DNA of 34,883 nucleotides from a virus: IMG/VR virus record IMGVR_UViG_3300045988_092951; one strand, 5' to 3'. Shown piece by piece: positions 29,886 to 34,883 of this stretch (position 1 is its first letter; each line of letters starts with the position of its first letter). The notes under the pieces were generated by a model. It saw only the letters and a program-made list of their open reading frames with translations, ran no database searches and was not told where the DNA came from. The position numbers and the translations under genes were made by a program.

Positions 29886-32402
29886 ATGGCTGACGGGTGT
29901 TTGAATTTTGACACCAACATAAACAGCGAGGGCTTTGAAAAGGGCTTGAAAAGCCTTTCCGATATGGTGGGGGATATCAAGCCAAAGCTTAAAAGCCTTG
30001 CAATGGCTGTGACGGCAGCATTCTCCGTCAAGAAGCTTGTGGACTTCGGCAGGCAGTCCATAGAAACAGCCTCAGACCTTGCGGAAGTTCAGAACGTTGT
30101 TGACACGGCTTTCGGAGAGTCCAAGCAGAAAATGGAGGACTTCGCTGACACGGCTGTTAAGACCTACGGCATTTCAAAGCTTACCGCAAAGCAGACGGGC
30201 TCAAACTTCATGGCGATGGCGGCAGGAATGGGGCTTGCCAATGACAGTGCAAGCGATATGGCGATGGCTCTTACAGGGCTGTCGGCGGATATGGCTTCAT
30301 TTTATAATGTCGGTCAGGACGTGGCAAGCACGGCTCTGAAATCAATTTTTACAGGCGAAACTGAGACCCTCAAACAGTTCGGTATCGTTATGACGGACGC
30401 CAACTTGCAGGCGTATGCGCTTTCAAAGGGTATAACGAAGTCAACTGCCGATATGTCGCAGGCTGAAAAAGTCCAGCTGAGATACAATTACGTTATGTCG
30501 CAGACGGCTCTTGCTCAGGGGGACTTTGCAAAGACTTCTGACAGCTGGGCGAACCAGACAAGAATACTTTCTGAACAATGGAAAGAGTTCGGAGCAACTA
30601 TCGGCACTGTGCTGATGAACGTTCTTCTGCCTGCTGTCAAGGCGATAAACAGTCTGCTTTCACAGCTCATAGCTTTGGCACAGGGGGCAGCGAGGTCACT
30701 TTCAGAGGCGTTCGGTTTTGAACTAAGCAACAGTGCAGACGAGGCTCAAAGCATAGTGAAAAGCACCTCTCAGGCGGCGGATAATTACAGCGATATAGCC
30801 GACAATGCACAACAGACTCAGGAGGCACAGGAAGGCTCTCTTGCAAGCTTTGACCAGATGAACAAGCTGAATGATGAGAGCAAGTCAGACAGCACTGGGG
30901 CCAGCGGAGCTGGGGATATAATGCAGCCTTCCGGGACTAGCGTTGAGGTGGATACGGGAAAGGCAGATAAAAAGCTGTCTGACTTTTTCAAATCAGCAAG
31001 AACTCAGTTTGAAAAGCTTGCAGACTATCTTGATAAGAATTTTAAGCCTATTTTCGCTGATATATGGAGCGGACTTGAAAGAGAGAGCATTGAACTTGCT
31101 CAGATACTCGGCGGAGTTTTCAGCGATATAAAGTCGCTTTCCGAACCGCTCAAAGCTTATTTTATAAACGATTTTACTCCGCTTATGCAGACCGCTTTCA
31201 GCACGCTTGGCAAGATAGGCATAGGACTTTTTGACAGCTTCAATAAGGTGTTTTCTGATATCTGGAATGTGGCAGTGTTCCCTATACTGCAAAACTTTCT
31301 CACTGTAGGATTACCCCTAATGGCGGATTTTGGCACGCAGACATGGAACACGCTAGGCGTACTGTTTGACAACATAAAAGAGATCTTCGATACCTTGTGG
31401 AACGGCGTTGCACAGCCTGTGTTGAACGCCTTGAAAACACTGTGGTGCGATACTTGGCAGAGCATTTCAGACTTTTGGAACGAGTGGGGACAGCCTATAT
31501 TTGACGGCATAAACGAGGGTATAACCACCACAAAGAACGTATTCCTTACCCTGTGGGAAACAGTCTTGAAACCTGTGTTTGACAAGCTCATGGACGTGGC
31601 TGACAGCGTTTGGACGGAGCACTTGAAACCTCTGCTTGATGAGTTTCTCGACTTTGTTGGAACACTTATCACGAGCGTTCTGAGCATTTACAACAAAGCC
31701 ATAGCACCTGTTGTGAATTGGCTTGTGAGCATACTCGGACCGATAGTCAGCAGTGTGCTTGGTAAGATAATAAAGATAGTGGGCAATGTCATAAGCAATA
31801 TAATTGACGCCGTGAAGAACATCATTTCAGCACTTAAAGGCGTTGTGCTGTTCATAGTGGGAGTGTTCACCGGTGATTGGAAAAAAGCTTGGCAGGGTGT
31901 AAAGAAGATTTTCAAAGGCGTATGGGACGCACTTGTTGACATAGCAAAAACACCTATTAATTTGATAATCGGGCTTATAAATGGTCTGACAGGTGCAGTT
32001 GAGGACGCTTTGAATTGGATAATCGACGGCATAAACGAGCTGAGCTTCACGACTCCTGATTGGCTTCCCGGTGATCTTGGCGGTCAGACATTTGGCTTTG
32101 ACCTAAGCCAAATTGATATCCCCGAAATACCCAAACTTGCTCAAGGTGCAGTGATACCGCCGAACTCTGAATTCCTTGCAGTTCTGGGCGATCAGAAGCG
32201 TGGCACGAATATCGAAGCACCGCTGGATACTATCACACAGGCTGTTTTGCAGGCTCTTGTGTCTTACGGTGGAGCAGGCGGAAATCAGAAGATAAGCGTT
32301 ACCATACCGCTGACTCTCAACGGCAGGACTATCACACAGATAGTTATTGATGATATCAACGACTATATCAAGCGCAACGGCAGGTCGCCAATAAGGGCAT
32401 AG
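29886..32402 (+). CDS. Tape measure protein
   Basis: 838 aa. TP901-type core (GISKLTAKQTGSNFMAMAAGMG), long helical repeats, in the tail module. ATG 29886 has better SD spacing than ATG 29880. Confidence 0.9.
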   Translation: MADGCLNFDTNINSEGFEKGLKSLSDMVGDIKPKLKSLAMAVTAAFSVKKLVDFGRQSIETASDLAEVQNVVDTAFGESKQKMEDFADTAVKTYGISKLTAKQTGSNFMAMAAGMGLANDSASDMAMALTGLSADMASFYNVGQDVASTALKSIFTGETETLKQFGIVMTDANLQAYALSKGITKSTADMSQAEKVQLRYNYVMSQTALAQGDFAKTSDSWANQTRILSEQWKEFGATIGTVLMNVLLPAVKAINSLLSQLIALAQGAARSLSEAFGFELSNSADEAQSIVKSTSQAADNYSDIADNAQQTQEAQEGSLASFDQMNKLNDESKSDSTGASGAGDIMQPSGTSVEVDTGKADKKLSDFFKSARTQFEKLADYLDKNFKPIFADIWSGLERESIELAQILGGVFSDIKSLSEPLKAYFINDFTPLMQTAFSTLGKIGIGLFDSFNKVFSDIWNVAVFPILQNFLTVGLPLMADFGTQTWNTLGVLFDNIKEIFDTLWNGVAQPVLNALKTLWCDTWQSISDFWNEWGQPIFDGINEGITTTKNVFLTLWETVLKPVFDKLMDVADSVWTEHLKPLLDEFLDFVGTLITSVLSIYNKAIAPVVNWLVSILGPIVSSVLGKIIKIVGNVISNIIDAVKNIISALKGVVLFIVGVFTGDWKKAWQGVKKIFKGVWDALVDIAKTPINLIIGLINGLTGAVEDALNWIIDGINELSFTTPDWLPGDLGGQTFGFDLSQIDIPEIPKLAQGAVIPPNSEFLAVLGDQKRGTNIEAPLDTITQAVLQALVSYGGAGGNQKISVTIPLTLNGRTITQIVIDDINDYIKRNGRSPIRA

Positions 32403-32414
32403 GAGGTGCAGAAA

Positions 32415-32783
32415 ATGAAAAGCAGAGGACTTATATTCGGCAGCGAAAGGGTCGCCACACCTGCGGAAGTCAGTTTTACAAACAACAAGATATGGTCGAA
32501 CAATGCAGGGCGGACGGCTAACTGCAAAATGGTGGGCGATATAAGAGCCATAAAGAAAACTGTCACGCTGAAATGGTATCATCTCACAGGCGAGGAGACG
32601 GCAAAACTCAATGAGTATATCTCCAACGTTAACAGTCCGTTTTTCAGTATCACGCTCCTTGATGAGACATTTCAGGAAAGCACTTTTGACGTTTATGCAG
32701 GCGACCCAACTTATGAGGTTTTCGGCTGGGACGAGAACAAGCAGTTCTGCAAAGGCGTTGCGGTTGACCTTATCATGCAGTAG
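32415..32783 (+). CDS. Small tail-tip protein (distal-tail-protein position)
   Basis: ATG 32415 is 6 nt after AGGAGGTG. First gene after the tape measure. At 122 aa it is short for a Dit protein. Confidence 0.5.
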   Translation: MKSRGLIFGSERVATPAEVSFTNNKIWSNNAGRTANCKMVGDIRAIKKTVTLKWYHLTGEETAKLNEYISNVNSPFFSITLLDETFQESTFDVYAGDPTYEVFGWDENKQFCKGVAVDLIMQ

Positions 32784-32794
32784 GAGGCGGATAT

Positions 32795-33955
32795 ATGTAT
32801 ACAACAAGTACAACCGTCTCCTCACGCATCGAAAGCTACTGCCGCACATGGCGTATGTGGCTTGAAAACGACGAGAGCGTAATAATGGGGGACAACATAA
32901 TGTCCGCTACCAGTGACGTGCAGTCAACGAGCCTCAGTGACGACATAGAGCTTGGTGCAGTGTGCTCGCAGTCGTGGGCATTACAGATAAACGATGCTGA
33001 AACACGTTTCCTCGGCAGCGAGTATGACCTTTCCTTGTACCTTGCGGACCTCACAGGCGTGACCACCTACTCCACCCTAGAAGCCTACACCTACGCTGAG
33101 CTTTCAAAGCTTACAGTGGAGCAGATAAGCAAGCTTGGAGAGGTGCTTGACGGAGAGCGGATACCCCTTGGGCGGTTTACTTGTGTCAAATCGAAAAAGT
33201 CAGGCGGAAATACTGAGGTCACTTTTGCGGATAGGCTTTACTTCTCCGACAAGACCTATGTGCCAAAGGTCAAGCTACCTGCGTGGTCAAAGGCTGTTGA
33301 AGACGATATCTGCAAGCAGTTGGGGCTTCAAAACGGCAACGACTACACCATCCCTGCAAAGCTCCGTGTAAAGGGCGGTGCAAGGCTTTACGGCAAGGGT
33401 CATATCAGATTAAAGACCGCAAACTTCGACTTCAAAATATCGAGCATACCAAAAGACACCACAATGCGGCAAATGCTCAGTTACATCGCCTCGGCACAAG
33501 GCGAGTTCGGCTTTGTTGACCGATACGGCAGATACGTCCGCAAGTGGTACGGCTCGAGCGTGAAGATACTGGACAACAACACTATCGACCTGCCAACGCT
33601 GGGGGAACGTCCGAATGTTTTGGCAGGCATTGTCTGCAAGGTCAGCGACAGCGAAACTCTGCGGCTGGGCAACACCACAGGCTCGGCAGGGCGTGTGCTG
33701 GAGTTTGAAAATCCGTATATGACAATGTCGCTGCTGCGGTCATTGTGGCATAGGATAGGCGGCTTTTCCTGGTATACAACAGAGCTTTTTCACCGCCTTG
33801 GCGACCCACGATTTGACGTCGGTGACGTGATAACATACGTCAGCGAAAGCGGTGAAAGCTACGATATACCAATAACCAATTTAGGATTTAACTTTGACGG
33901 CGGACTTTCAGCAGACATTTCTGCGGTGGGTCTGTCGGTGGAAGAACAGCTTTAA
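32795..33955 (+). CDS. Tail-tip / baseplate protein (Tal position)
   Basis: 386 aa, AGGAGG RBS, second gene after the tape measure. Confidence 0.55.
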   Translation: MYTTSTTVSSRIESYCRTWRMWLENDESVIMGDNIMSATSDVQSTSLSDDIELGAVCSQSWALQINDAETRFLGSEYDLSLYLADLTGVTTYSTLEAYTYAELSKLTVEQISKLGEVLDGERIPLGRFTCVKSKKSGGNTEVTFADRLYFSDKTYVPKVKLPAWSKAVEDDICKQLGLQNGNDYTIPAKLRVKGGARLYGKGHIRLKTANFDFKISSIPKDTTMRQMLSYIASAQGEFGFVDRYGRYVRKWYGSSVKILDNNTIDLPTLGERPNVLAGIVCKVSDSETLRLGNTTGSAGRVLEFENPYMTMSLLRSLWHRIGGFSWYTTELFHRLGDPRFDVGDVITYVSESGESYDIPITNLGFNFDGGLSADISAVGLSVEEQL

Positions 33956-33967
33956 GGGGGCGAGATA

Positions 33968-34549
33968 ATGGACGAAAATGAGATAACAACTGTGGCTGAT
34001 ACGCAGGCGGAGAATACTGCCGATACAGCGGACACAGGTCAGACAACGCCCACCACCGAGGAGCTTATCCAGCAGCTTACGGCGAGAGTGGCGGCACTTG
34101 AAGAAATAGTCGGCGAGGAGGAGTATGAGCTGCGGTACTCGGGCGAACAGACGGACGAGCTTTTAGACGGCGGTACAGCGGTGTTTCGTGCAAAGACAGC
34201 GGCGCAGATAGTAAGTCTTGTGAACAGGCTCTACCCACTGTATATGCGGTGGGGGTCTTTCACGGTGAATATGAAGGTCAACGCTGACAACGGTTCCCAG
34301 TGGTCATACAATACACGCACAGGAATGATACCCTCGGGGGTCACTAACCCTGCGGTGTTTATGGTGTGCGACTGGGGCAAAAAGCACTTCAAGTCGCAGA
34401 GTTTTCAATACAAAGTCGCAAGCAACGGCAGGGACATCGACTGGGAGGCATACCTTGAACACACCTCAGACCAAGGCGGCACATACGCTTTCAAGGTGTA
34501 CTATCTCATAGTCGGCAAAAATGCGGAAGGGGGAAGTATAGTTGGCTAG
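33968..34549 (+). CDS. Tail-associated hypothetical protein with a low-complexity T/D/A-rich N-terminus
   Basis: GGGGGCGAG RBS. 193 aa. Confidence 0.6.
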   Translation: MDENEITTVADTQAENTADTADTGQTTPTTEELIQQLTARVAALEEIVGEEEYELRYSGEQTDELLDGGTAVFRAKTAAQIVSLVNRLYPLYMRWGSFTVNMKVNADNGSQWSYNTRTGMIPSGVTNPAVFMVCDWGKKHFKSQSFQYKVASNGRDIDWEAYLEHTSDQGGTYAFKVYYLIVGKNAEGGSIVG

Positions 34550-34751
34550 TTTCACGGAAAATCTCGGGCTTAAAAAGCCCGATAGGACGGACAGGTTCAG
34601 CATCGAGGACTTCAACGGCAATATGGATATTATCGACACTATACCCGATATGGTGAGCGGACAGAGCCTTGTGGGTGTGTCAGTGGGAGAAGCGTACGGA
34701 AATATAGGTATAACAGGCATAGCGGAGGCGGTCGAAGATGAAAATATATGA
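34542..34751 (+). CDS. Short protein carrying a tail-fibre N-terminal anchor-like motif (69 aa)
   Basis: TTG start after GGGGGAAG. NLGLKKPDRTDRFSIEDFNGNMDIID resembles the conserved N-termini of Firmicutes phage tail fibres as I recall them. Confidence 0.5.
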   Translation: MASFTENLGLKKPDRTDRFSIEDFNGNMDIIDTIPDMVSGQSLVGVSVGEAYGNIGITGIAEAVEDENI

Positions 34752-34883
34752 GGGCACAGACGGACTGAGAGGGCTGATAACAAAGCTTATCGAGGTGTGG
34801 GACTTTAAAAAGATAGTCTATGAGGGCGATGGTGCAACACTCAGCACGAATGATGTTGTATTCAATCTGTGGGTCACTGATGA
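34738..34883 (+). CDS. N-terminal part of the wrap-around tail-fibre / RBP candidate (continues at 56..599 after removing the duplicate)
   Basis: The ATG at 34738 is 9 nt after GGAGG. The frame reads MKIYEGTDGLRGLITKLIEVWDFKKIVYEGDGATLSTNDVVFNLWVTD and carries on into the frame of the 57..599 ORF. Confidence 0.7.
   Translation, partial: MKIYEGTDGLRGLITKLIEVWDFKKIVYEGDGATLSTNDVVFNLWVTD
34829..34883. repeat. 55-nt terminal direct repeat, copy 2
   Basis: Identical to 1..55. Confidence 0.95.

Noticed and set aside
32103-32849. 248-aa minus-strand ORF over the tape measure end and tail-tip genes
   Set aside because: It is an antisense shadow ORF with no RBS or promoter. It conflicts with tightly packed, RBS-supported + strand genes.
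34700-34760. Frameshift fusing the 69-aa anchor-motif ORF to the following 229-aa gene
   Set aside because: The downstream gene has its own GGAGG RBS and ATG. The required shift is +1/-2, and no recognisable shift site is present.
1-34883. CRISPR array, diversity-generating retroelement, retron, transposase/IS element, methyltransferase
   Set aside because: No spaced direct-repeat array, reverse-transcriptase-like ORF, template/variable repeat pair, DDE or serine recombinase ORF, or methyltransferase motif was seen on either strand.

Overview
The window is a complete, circularly closed genome of a temperate siphovirus-like phage from a Firmicutes-type host. AGGAGG-type ribosome-binding sites and sigma-A-like promoters support that host assignment. 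The first 55 nt are repeated exactly at the end, so the non-redundant length is 34,828 bp, and one tail-tip gene runs across the junction.

Module order on the + strand unless stated:
- Lysis cassette, 607-1881: holin, a membrane coiled-coil protein, and a GH25+LysM endolysin.
- An AT-rich three-gene cassette on the minus strand, 1941-3217.
- attP with a tRNA-3'-end-like core and phased arm repeats, 3389-3611.
- Tyrosine integrase (minus strand).
- A zinc-ribbon/TM2 membrane protein (minus strand).
- A CI/LexA-like repressor (minus strand) divergent from a Cro-like HTH gene, with TTGCA-N3-TGCAA operators.
- An early region with two more minus-strand genes that carry their own promoters.
- Replication module: PcfK/PcfJ-like pair, Gp157-like, Sak4-like ATPase, DExH helicase, VRR-NUC, DUF669-type SSB, and prim-pol/P4-type helicase.
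- An iteron-plus-AT-rich origin candidate.
- A sigma/RinA-like late regulator.
- A self-contained promoter-gene-terminator cassette.
- Large terminase with a TerS-like N-terminal extension, portal, a MuF-type minor head protein with an AT-rich C-terminal extension plus a small downstream gene, scaffold, major capsid, connectors, major tail protein, two chaperones, tape measure and tail tip.

I found no separate small terminase gene, no excisionase, no complete tRNA gene, no CRISPR array and no reverse transcriptase.

The best candidate for an undescribed system is the operon at 1941-3217. It encodes a PARP-like (H-Y-E) ADP-ribosyltransferase-fold protein, a 64-aa protein, and a clear SecB-like chaperone. 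That is the layout of toxin-antitoxin-chaperone (TAC) modules, but with an ART-type toxin and carried by a phage.

Secondary leads:
- Two orphan promoter-terminator units (candidate sRNAs) flanking the TM2 gene.
- A MuF polymorphic-toxin/immunity-like pair.
- Membrane proteins that look like superinfection-exclusion factors.
- Operator-like sites far from the immunity region.

All family names come from motif recognition by eye and from memory. No database search or exact composition calculation was run.
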